Assembly: GCA_002269645.1 (NCBI GenBank)
Contig: NIVC01003984.1
Location: 1 to 64,000, forward strand
Direction: 5' to 3'
Source of the DNA: Macrostomum lignano
Taxonomy: Eukaryota
DNA: 64,000 nt
Shown here: in pieces, positions 21,618 to 32,900 of the stretch
Numbering within the stretch: the stretch's first letter is position 1
How the letters are laid out: every line of letters begins with the position of its first letter
Position numbers and translations under genes: made by a program
The notes under the pieces: generated by a model
Told to the model about the DNA's origin: nothing
What the model saw: only the letters and a program-made list of their open reading frames with translations
Database searches by the model: none

Positions 21618-22395
21618 CAGGGGTTGGCAAACTCCGGCTCGCGAAGCCCCTCTATCTGGCCCTCGCCCCTCGGGTTCTTTGAAACTTCCTAACTACGAGT
21701 AGCAAGGTTGGTGTCTCTTCAACTCTCATCTCTCTCTTCTTCTCTACCTTGCCTCCCCTCTTCTCTCTCTCCCCCTTTTCCCTCTTCTCTCTCCTCTCAT
21801 TTTTACTCTCCTCTCTTCTCCCCCTTTCTCTCTACCCTTTCTCCTCAATGCCCTCTTCTCTTCTCTTATCTTCAGCAAAAATATGTGCATATTTTCTTAC
21901 TTCAAAGTAGAGGGAATAGAAGATTAGAGATAAGCAAACAGAGGAGAGGCGAGCGATGCGATGGGAGAAAAGATAGAAGAGGAGAGAAAAGCTGAGGGAG
22001 GAAAAAGAGATGAGAGAGAAGAGGAGATGAGAGAAAAGAGGAAAGAAAAGATGATGGATGAGATCAGAAGAGAGGAAAGAGGAAAGAGGAGAGAGTAGAT
22101 GAGAGAAGAGAGGATAAAGAGGAGATGAGAGGAGAGTGAAGAGAGGAGAGATGAGAGAGTAGAAAAGAGAGGAGAGATAAGATGAGAGAGTAGAGTGGAG
22201 AGAGACGAGAGGGAAGATAAGATGAGAGAGTAGAGTGGAATGGAGAGAGACAAGAGGAGAGATAAGAATGTAGAGAGGAGACAGAAGAGATAGGAGAGGA
22301 GAGGAAAGAGAGGAGAGAGGAGAGGAAAGAGAGAAGGGATAAGGGATGAGAGAGAAAAGAAAAAGAGGATGAGAAGATTGAGGAATGGAGAGAAT
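21618..22395. mobile_element. hAT 5' end (CAGGGGTTGGCAAAC) followed by CT-rich then GA-rich satellite
   Basis: Homologous to 8732-8805 and preceded by CTCTGGAG. Right TIR not found. Confidence 0.45.
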
Positions 22396-24449
22396 TTGCA
22401 AAGGCCTCAAATCTTAGTTTAACATGCATTACTCCCATCTTTGCCTTTTTCCTAACTGTTAACAAGTTTTTGTTTGAGCATGACTTCAAATTTAGAATCT
22501 ATGCAAAAATAGTTCCGGGAATTAGAATTCAGTGGTTTAAAAATCTGTGGGTTTTCACAGCTTGTATCTCTACTGGATTCGTATTCTGCATCTGATGAGC
22601 CATCTGAATCAGGGCTCTCATCTTCCATGCCAAATCGTCTAGCAAATCGTTCTTGAGCTATAGGTCACACTGTATTCACTTCACTTACTTCTGGACATTC
22701 ATGAATCATGACTTTTGTAGTATGCTCACTACACTGTACTGACAATTTACCAATTGCTTCATGCCGCCACTAGATGACATACTGATTAGCTGTTATAAAA
22801 ACGCGGAATCTGCACGCAGCACTAATTAGCTGGCGAGGCATTTAGCTTTAAAAATATGGTCATAGTTACTCCTGCCGTTTACCTAAAGTTTTTGCTTGGC
22901 TCTTTCATAGGTAAGTCGCATTTTTTATCGAAAACTAAGTCGCACGGCCAGCGTAATTTCAGAAGTTGCGCATGTATGTACTTATGCTTACGTTTTCAAC
23001 TCTACCAAACAGCACATAAATAGGCCTAGGCCTATAACTAAAGAAGTTACTAAGTTCGATAGTAAATTAGATTATTAGCTAACTGCACTAGATCTTGCAA
23101 TAGTCTAATGAATAAAAAATTCTGTATTAGTAAGAGAATCAGAGTAGTAGTAAGAGTTCTGGCTCCAGCAAATAGCAGCCTGCTCGCGGACCTAGTGAAG
23201 TCCAATAAGCAACTTTTTTAATTCGAAAAGGAAGGTTTGCGAGTAATGATAAATGATAAGATTTATCGTCTTAAAACTTATCATTTTTGAAACTTTTAGC
23301 ATACAAGAGGAATAAAAAAACTTTCTGTAAGGGCCAACTGACGTACATACATGGAACATAATAATTTGCTTTACTGTTTCACCGCGAAAATGTAATTGTT
23401 TGATAATTTATTTTCTTTGAAACCGTCACGTGGACGTCGCCGCACCATCGTTCGTTTAAGTTAAATTGCAATTGCAAGCAATGAGTCTTTAACTTAGCAG
23501 TACAGTAGAACTATGATTAACTAGCAAGCTCTTTGGCCCATTATACATTGAATGGGCATGCCATTGAATGTAACGTTTTAAGATTTTTTATGGTGAATAT
23601 CTTTCAAGTCTACCATAATTCTACTGTTCTATCGCATTCTTGAATTTGCTGTGCTTCTTTCATTAGGCCTACTTTTTGATTCTTGGTATTTTATTTATTA
23701 TGTACCAGTAGTAGTATATCTAATTGGATATATAATATACTAAAATATAATAAATTAAAAGTCAAGGACTTAGGAACAGAAAAGAAGCAGACTTAATCAA
23801 CATCAATTTTGTGTTATAATTTTCAATAAGCTCAGAATATTATAAAACATATAGATATACACACTTTTCATTTCATGCACTTCCTGTGCAGTTGGCAGAT
23901 GCTGGTGCCTTAACAGATTCTGCCAGCATAGTGACCTATATTTGTACGCAACACCCAAGGTAGGCTTTGTGACACTATGTCTATTTAGGCTAGACCATAT
24001 CTAATAGTACAGCATTGCATTGTTATTATTGTTGTAGGAACTTTGAGACAAAGAGATACACTCATATAAGTGTTTAGAGCTAAGCAATATAATTTCATAA
24101 ATATTAGAAAGCAAATGGTATATTTTACTATATTGGATATCAGATGAACTCATTGACTTTCTACATATTGGCTCTGCCATTAGTTAAATTATACCATATT
24201 ATATTTATAATAATTTAGAACTTCTTTGATCTTTTAAAATGTTTTAAATAAAAAACTACAATAACTAAAATGAAATAACAAACAAAACTATATATATACA
24301 TGTAATATTTATTGCCTTCTTTCTATATAGCATATTTTAAAGAAAAAAACTTGCTAAAAATCCTATTATTTTATTTCATTAAAAATTTTTCTTTATCTGA
24401 TTTAATATTTATTCTTTTTCAGCTTATCCTATAAGTTGCAGTTTGTACA

Positions 24450-26754
24450 ATGCAATTAAGTATTATAGTTGCAGACGTAAAAATAGCAACTGAAAGCTTG
24501 GTAGCTCTGCCAGATATTTCTAATGTAGATAATGAGCAACAAACACTTAAACAAGCATTGCGCAATGCATGGAGTATACTCACAGAGCTAAATGAAAAAT
24601 TGGCAGAAAATTCTGAACCTAGTAGTAACAATGTGCCACCTTCCATTGCTGATTGGAAGTCCTATTCACAAGAGCTAAGCAATATTCTTGTGAGTTTCTT
24701 CTGTAGCAACTCTATTGGCAGTAGAATCCGTAGCGACTTGCAGCTTCTTGGTGCTTGCTGTCTGATGGAATTGTTCAAGTTGCATTGCCCAGAGAATCCT
24801 TTTGTTGGTTGTCTTAATGAAGCTCAAAGGTAAGCATTATTCTATGACTATTAAATGCATACTTTAAATTTATATAGCTTTCTTTTCTTATCTAATCAAT
24901 ACATGTTAAATTACACAATTCTACCCTTCGATCTACCTCTATTTCATACTATTCTAATATCTACTATTCTACTTTAATCCACCCTTATGTCTACTCCTGT
25001 TCTAATATAATCTACTTTCGATCATATCTACTCCTATTGTGATTGAATCTTCTCCACACATACTATCTTCTCCACATCTAATCCTATTCTAAATGAATCT
25101 GCCGTCATATCTACTCCTATTCTAATAGAATCTACCCTCAAATCTACTCCTTTTCTAATAGAATTTACCGTCACATCTACTCTTATTCCAAATGAATCTA
25201 CCTCTTTTTACTTTAAATTTCAGTCTATTCCTCAGTAAAACTTTTTAAATCATGCGACGTACTTTTTATACTACTACCAATTTTGTCAAAGTATGAGCCT
25301 GTTTACCCCAGCAACCACAACTCCCCATGCAATCCGATTTTGCAGTGTTTGCCAATCTGTCCAGCTGATTGCTCGCGCAGCACACCGAGCGGCCACCGGC
25401 AGCAGAGGCGGCCCAGCCCTTGGCTATCTGATACGCAACATTGTCGGCACAGATCTGCCTCTGGCACTCAGACCGTACTCATCTGAGCTGGCCTTGGATG
25501 CATCTGCAGCTTGTCTTCGCTGCCTACTGACTGCCGAGCCTGCGGTAGGCAGGTGGGACTGGCCAGGCGGTCCCGCAGCTGGCCTCGATGCAGCCGCAGC
25601 CTCTTTAAATCGACTACTAGATGAAGCTCCAGAATTAATTCGGCAATCTTCGACTGTTGGCCTACTGTTGGATAGTTGCGTTGCTATGGCAACGACGGCC
25701 GAGTCTGACAACTGCTTAGCTGTCAGATTTCTAAGGGAAAATATTGAGTCGTTTAGTAAACTGATTGCCGCCGAACTGGAGACTCGGATTGTGCGAGCGT
25801 TGCGCGTTGATGAAGATTTGGATGATGGAGGCGGTGAGATTCTGGTGGTTGGCTATCTGCGGGTTTTCGTCTGGGTCTTTCTAAGCGTAAGGATCCAGGC
25901 TCCTGCTAGCTGGCAATTCAACATCTCTATATCCTGATGTGTCATGGCACACAAGGGCCAACCCTAAAGGCATTGGACAGTGTGCAACCCGGCACACTTT
26001 AAGCGACATTTTCACACCACCGGCGAGAGGCATTGCTGCCCATTCTGTCGACTCCCCTGAGCAGGCACACAAGCGCGCGGATACGTACGCAGTCATACGC
26101 ACAGTCACACACTCACACAGGAGTGTACAGCCCTCAAGGACGTTAATTGCACGAGCAGAGCCAAGCCGAGATTCCAATTTAGCCCCAAATTAATATGGCT
26201 GCACTTGGAATCGAGCCTGGGCCGCTGGCACATCAAAGCGCCGCGCGAAACCACTGGGCTACGGCCCTCAGACTTGACGATTAGAAAGTCATCGTTGGTT
26301 TTCGGGACGACACTTTAGTATCTAAGTCTGTCATAGTGTCTTGGTGCACAGATGTGACTGTACCAAGAGATAATCTGGATTTTTCCTTACCCCGGCTTAC
26401 CCTAATCCCAAATCCGTCAGGCTGCGACACCAATGAAGCAGCCGCTGAAGCCCAGGAGCTGTTCGCCATCGAGCAGCTGGCCCTGCTGCTGCCGGCAGCG
26501 CATCGCTTGTCAACCACCGAGCTTGGCGTCCCCGGCCTGACAGCTCGAATACTGCTGCCCCGGCTTCGGTCTCAGCGGGTGGCGGATCGGCTAAGAGCCT
26601 GCCGGCAGCTCAGCCGCCTGATGCTCGTTGGCAGCAGCGACGGTGTGGCCAGGCGGAGCTTCGTCGAAGGCGGCTGGAAAGCTCTGGTAGCCAGGTTCAA
26701 CGATGTGGCGCCTGCGGTTAGGTGAGAAGCTGACTGTCTGCTATTGTGTCTGTG

Positions 26755-26801
<47 letters not shown>

Positions 26802-26850
26802 GTCTGTGTGTGTGTGTCTGCGTGTCTGTCTGTCTGTCTGTCTGTCTGTG

Positions 26851-26930
<80 letters not shown>

Positions 26931-29900
26931 GGTCTGTCTGTCTGTCTGTCTGTTTGTCTCTGTCTGTCTGTCTCTGTCTGCCTGTCTGTCTGTCTGTCTG
27001 TCTGTCTCTGTCTGTCTGTCTGGCTGTCTGTCTGTCTGTCTGTCTGTAAGTAAGAGCTGTAGCAACTTATCCCCCCAAAAATATCTGACTTGATATCATT
27101 GCAGACGGATTTGTTTATCGGCGGTACCAAAACTCTGCACTTTTATTGACACATTCGCGTCGGAATGTGACGCCAGCAATAATACTACTGACAATAGTAG
27201 TAAGCCAAGTAAACATAATAATATTAAGTTTGATTTCGAAGCATTTGACGATTTGCGTCAAGCCTTTAAACTGCGAGCAGTTGATGCGGATGAGTCCGTG
27301 AGACTGGCGCTGGTGGCGGCTCTGGACGCTTTGCCCGCTGGCTTTGAGACAGAGTTCAGGGTGAGTGTTCAGGTAGTTCAGGGTGAGTGTTCAGGTAGTT
27401 CAGGGTGAGTGTTCAGGCAGTTCAGGGTGAGTGTTCAGGCAGTTCAGGGTGAGTGTTCAGGTATTTCAGGGTGAGTGTTCAGGCAGTTCAGGGTGAGTGT
27501 TCAGGTAGTTCAGGGTGAGTGTTCAGGTATTTCAGGGTGAGTGTTCAGGTATTTCAGGGTGAGTGTTCAGGTATTTCAGGGTGAGTGTTCAGGTATTTCA
27601 GGGTGAGTGTTCAGGCAGTTCAGGTGAGCGTTAAAGTAGTTCGGAATGAATTCATGCTAGAGCAGCACATAATAGTGTTAAGTAGTTTAGAGTAGAGAGA
27701 GAATTTGAGCAGTTCAGTGTAGATTTGAGCAGTTCAGGTAGATTTGAGCAGTTTAGGTAGATTTGAGCAGTTCAGGTAGATTTGAGCAGTTCAGTGTAGA
27801 TTTGAGCAGTTCAGGTAGATTTGAGCAGTTCAAGGTAGAATTGAGCAGTTCAGTGTAGATTTGAGCAGTTCAGGTAGATTTGAGCAGTTCAGTTTAGATT
27901 TGAGCAGTTCATGTAGATTTGAGCAGTTCAAGGTAGATTTGAGCAGTTCAGGTAGATTTGAGCAGGTCAGTGTAGATTTGAGCAGTTCAAGGTAGATTTG
28001 AGCAGGTCAGTGTAGATTTGAGCAGTTCAGTGTAGAATTGAGCAGTTCAAGGTAGATTTGAGCAGTTCAAGGTAGATTTGAGCATTTCAGTGTAGATTTG
28101 AGCAGGTCAGTGTAGATTTGAGCAGTTAAAGGTAGAATTAAGCATTTCAGGTAGATTTGAGCAGTTCCGTGTGGATTTTAGCACTTCAGGTAGATTTGAG
28201 CAGTTCAAGGTAGATTTGAGCAGAGTAGTACCTCACTTTCCTCATCATACTTTTTATTATATCCACCAGACAAGTATAATGGCGGCTCGTTCTCGCGACC
28301 TGTCGTCCCGGGTTCGAATCCGGGCCTTATCCTCCCTGGCCAGCCTGTCGGTAGCAGCCGGGCCGGCAGCTGGGGGTTCCGCGATCGGCAGCTTCATCGA
28401 AGACTCCCAGTTGAGTCACGTGAACGCCGCAGCCAGCGCTTTGATGTCCGCCTATCGACTGCATCCGATTGAGGTTGAGCGACATCTCGCCGACCTGTTA
28501 ACGGTTGCTAGCCAGTCTCTGGGCGGTTATTCTCCAGCTCAGAGTCGGGCTTTCGTGTTGCTGGCTCGATGGCGAGGCTTTTTAGCGCAAGGCGCCGCTA
28601 CTAAGGCTGCTGGGGCGTTTCTGCAGATGCTGAAGAGTCTGTGGCATGTGGATCAGGTGAGTTGGTTGTTTTATTGATAATGCCTTCTGACACTTGCTGT
28701 CATCCTGTCTGACACTTGCTGTCATCCTGTCTGACACTTGCTGTCATCCTGTCTGACACTTGCTGTCATCCTGTCTGACCCTTGCTGTCATCCTGTCTGA
28801 CACTTGCTGTCATCCTGTCTGACACTTGCTGTCATCCTGTCTGACCCTTGCTGTCATCCTGTCTGACACACTTGCTGTTATCCTATCTGACACACTTGCT
28901 GTTATCCCATCTGACACACTTGCTGTCATCCTGTCTGACCCTTGCTGTCATCCTGTCTGACACACTTGCTGTTATCCTATCTGACACACTTGCTGTTATC
29001 CCATCTGACACACTTGCTGTTATCCTATCTGACACACTTGCTGTTATCCCATCTGACACACTTGCTGTTATCCTATCTGACACACTTGCTGTTATCCCAT
29101 CTGACACACTTGCTGTTATCCCATCTGACACCCTTGCTGTTATTCTATCTGACACCCTTGCTGTTATCCCATTCGACACACTTTCTGTTTCAATTGTCCT
29201 AATAAAATGACTCCAGCTATCCAGACAGACCCTGGCCTACCTGGAGTCGGCCAGCTCAGACAAATCCTCAAACTCTCAGGCGTGGCTGACCAACCGAATG
29301 CGCACCTTAGCCACTTATTTCCCTATTGAGCATCATTCCGCCAGCTATGTGCAGCAGTCGCTATTAAGTCTGCACAAACGATTGGCTAAATCAACGAAAG
29401 GAACCGAACTGCATCGGTTGTTGGCCTCTGACTGCGATTTAGAAACTGCCAATCGATTGAGGCATCGAATTTCTATTAGTTCGGCTATCAATTCGCTGAG
29501 TAGTGATGAGAAGGCCTTGGCAACCGCTCTGTTGACTCGGCTGGGTCCGTGTCTTGTTGATAGGGCCAGTTTTGTTGCTTTGATTAGTGCGGCTGAGCCA
29601 GGATCGTTGGATGATTTACAGCTTATCAATGCTTTGATCTTTTATCGGCCTGAGCTGTTGAACTGCGCTCAGCCTCTGCTGGGTGAGTCTAGGTTCAGGT
29701 GGCTTATTGGTAGGTTCAGGTAGCTTAATGGTAGGTTCAGGTAGCTTATTGGTAGGTTCAGGTAGCTTAATGGTAGGTTCAGGTAGCTTAATGGTAGGTT
29801 CAGGTAGCTTAATGGTAGGTTCAGGTAGCTTAATGGTAGGTTCAGGTAGCTTATTGGTAGGTTCAGGTAGCTTATTGGTAGGTTCAGGTAGCTTAATGGT

Positions 29901-32900
29901 AGGTTCAAGTAAGCTTAATGGTAGGTTCAGGTAGCTTAATGGTAGGTTCAGGTAGCTTAATGGTAGATTCAGGTAGCTGAATGGTAGGTTTGTAGCGTGC
30001 CTGAAAAATAAATGAGGCTTGAAAGCGGCGGTTCAATTATTTATTATCGATAATCGAGATTACCGGAAAAACACTTGCTTATTAGCTGGGTTTGCCTGGT
30101 GTATATTTATAGCAAAATTAACGGTGTTCTGGAAATTTCTTTAGAATTATAACAAAGATACAACGTTATAATGTAAACTGTAGCTAATACGGATAAATGC
30201 GTTGAATAAGAATATGGCTAATAATTAAACTATAAGATATGTAAAGGTTCCGCGTAGAAATATTTTGTTATGGAAATTCGAAGAAAAATGCAGAAATTTC
30301 TTTTACTTAATTTGGAAATTTTACTCGTATAGAATGCGCGAAGGGGAAAGGAAACTTCTAGAAACTAGGTACATTGGAATAACAACGCTACAGGTTCAGG
30401 TAGCTTATTGGTAGGTTCAGGTAGCTTATTGGTAGATTCAAGTAGCTGAATGGTAGGTTCAGGTAGCTTATTGGTAGGCTCAGGTAGCTTAATGGTAGGT
30501 TCAGGTAGCTTAATGGTAGGTTCAGGTAGCTTATTGGTAGGTTCAGATAGCTTAATGGTAGGTTCAGGTAGCTTAATGGTAGGTTCAGGTAGCTTATTGG
30601 TAGGTTCAGGTAGCTTAATGGTAGGTTCAGGTAGCTTAATGGTAGGTTCAGGTAGCTTAATGGTAGGTTCAGGTTGCTTATTGGTAGGTTCAGGTAGCTT
30701 ATTGGTAGGCTCAGGTAGCTTATTGGTAGATTCAAGCAGCTGATCGCTAGCCCACATTCCATCTCAACATTGTCTCCTAGACTTGCTAGTAGCATCCCTA
30801 GACGCTGCCCCAGTGCCTGTCAATCAGTCATCAGCCAGAGCTCCCAGTCGAATCCTCTGCTGCCTTCGAATCCTGGACACATCGCTAACGTCCACCCCAG
30901 CTAGCGCAGAAATCGCTTCAAGTCCGCTGACAGAATCAATCGAAGCTCGACTCGTATCTCTGTGCCAATCCGAGGAATCGCTAGTCTCTAAGGCGGCTAT
31001 TGGTTGCTTAGCAACGCTAACGGCTTTCTCATCGTCTACTCAGAAGTCGAACAGTCCGAATATTGCTTGGCTAGCAGAAGCTGCTCTGACGGCCGATTGG
31101 AAGTCGGGCGCGAGTCGGGAAAATCCGATTCGATTGTTGGATGCGTTCGGCCATTTGATGAAGTCTCCATTGGCTGAGAGGCTGGGTCTGCTGCAGATGG
31201 ATCGGATTGGGAAGTTCCTGACTAACGAGCTGCTGCCCCTCATTGTTAAAGGCGTTGTAGCAACTGGTGCTGCAGTTCAAGACGCCCAGAAGTCTGCTAG
31301 AATGGATCTGACAGCTTGGACACCTTGGGAGAAATTGTCTGACAATACCAGATTGCGTTTGGCTGCGATCAAGTGTCTGACTAGGTGTCTGGCTGGCCTG
31401 AGACTGGTGAGGAGGATTTCGTTTGGTGTTTTTGGGTGTGAAGAGGTTTAAAGAGGGTAGGAGAGGGTGAGAAAGGGTAGGAGAGGGTGGTAGAGGGTAG
31501 GAGAGGGTGAGAGAGGGTAGGAGAAGGTGAGAGTGGGTAGGAGAGGGTGAGAGAGGGTAGGAGAAGGTGAGAGAGGGTAGGAGAGGGTGAGAGAGGGTGA
31601 GAGAGGGTAGGAGAGGGTGAGAGAGGGTAGGAGAGGGTGAGAGAGGGTAGGAGAGGGTGAGAGAGGGTAGGAGAGGGTGAGAGAGGGTAGGAGAAGGTGA
31701 GAGAGGGTAGGAGAGGGTGAGAGAGGGTAAGAGAGGGTAGGAGAGGGTGAGAGAGAGTAGGAAAGAGTGAAAGAGGGTAGGGAAGAGTGAGAGAGGGTAG
31801 GGAAGAGTGAGAGAGGGTAGAGAAGAGTGAGAGAGGGTAGAGAAGAGTGAGAGAGGGTAGAGAAGAGTGAGAGAGGGTAGGAAAGAGTGAAAGAGGGTAG
31901 GAAAAAGTGAAAGAGGGTAGGGAAGAGTGAGAGAGGGTAGGGAAGAGTGAGAGAGGGTAGGGAAAAGTGAAAGAGGGTAGGGAAGAGTGAAAGAGGGTAG
32001 GGAAGAGTGAGAGAGGGTAGGGAAGAGTGAGAGAGGGTAGAGAAGAGTGAGAGAGGGTAGGGAAGAGTGAAAGAGGGTAGGGAAGAGTGAGAGAGGGTAG
32101 GGAAGAGTGAGAGAGGGTAGAGAAGAGTGAGAGAGGGTAGGGAAGAGTGAGAGAGGGTAGAGAAGAGTGAGAGAGGGTAGAGAAGAGTGAGAGAGGGTAG
32201 AGAAGAGTGAGAGAGGGTAGAGAAGAGTGAGAGAGGGTAGGGAAGAGTGAAAGAGGGTAGGAAAAAGTGAAAGAGGGTAGGGAAGAGTGAGAGAGGGTAG
32301 GGAAGAGTGAAAGAGGGTAGGGAAAAGTGAAAGAAGGTAGGGAAGAGTGAGAGAGGGTAGGGAAGAGTGAGAGAGGGTAGAGAAGAGTGAGAGAGGGTAG
32401 AGAAGAGTGAGAGAGGGTAGAGAAGAGTGAGAGAGGGTAGAGAAGAGTGAGAGAGGGTAGGGAAGAGTGAAAGAGGGTAGGAAAAAGTGAAAGAGGGTAG
32501 GGAAGAGTGAGAGAGGGTAGGGAAGAGTGAAAGAGGGTAGGGAAAAGTGAAAGAGGGTAGGGAAGAGTGAGAGAGGGTAGGGAAGAGTGAGAGAGGGTAG
32601 GGAAGAGTGAGAGAGGGTAGAGAAGAGTGAGAGAGGGTAGGGAAAAGTGAGAGAGGGTAGGGAAGAGTGAGAGAGGGTAGGGAAGAGTGAGAGAGGGTAG
32701 AGAAGAGTGAGAGAGGGTAGAGAAGAGTGAGAGAGGGTAGGGAAGAGTGAGAGAGGGTAGAGAAGAGTGAGAGAGGGTAGAGAAGAGTGAGAGAGGGTAG
32801 GGAAGAGTGAGAGAGGATAGGGAAGAGTGAGAGAGGGTAGGGAAGAGTGAGAGAGGGTAGGAAAATGGCAAAAACGAGTGAGAGAATGTTGGTGAGAATG

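Larger units (their letters stand above)
20960..22976. mobile_element. Possible 2-kb inverted-repeat element containing arrays and a nested hAT end
   Basis: Perfect 13-bp IR TACATGCGCAACT / AGTTGCGCATGTA, shared GCTGGCCG, and AAGTCGCA motifs near both ends. No TSD seen. Confidence 0.35.

Noticed and set aside
26703-27130. SVCL/TDRQ repeat ORFs
   Set aside because: They come from the (CTGT)n microsatellite inside PDS5 intron 3.
31381-32871. 496-aa minus-strand ORF
   Set aside because: It is the antisense reading of the GA array in PDS5 intron 7.
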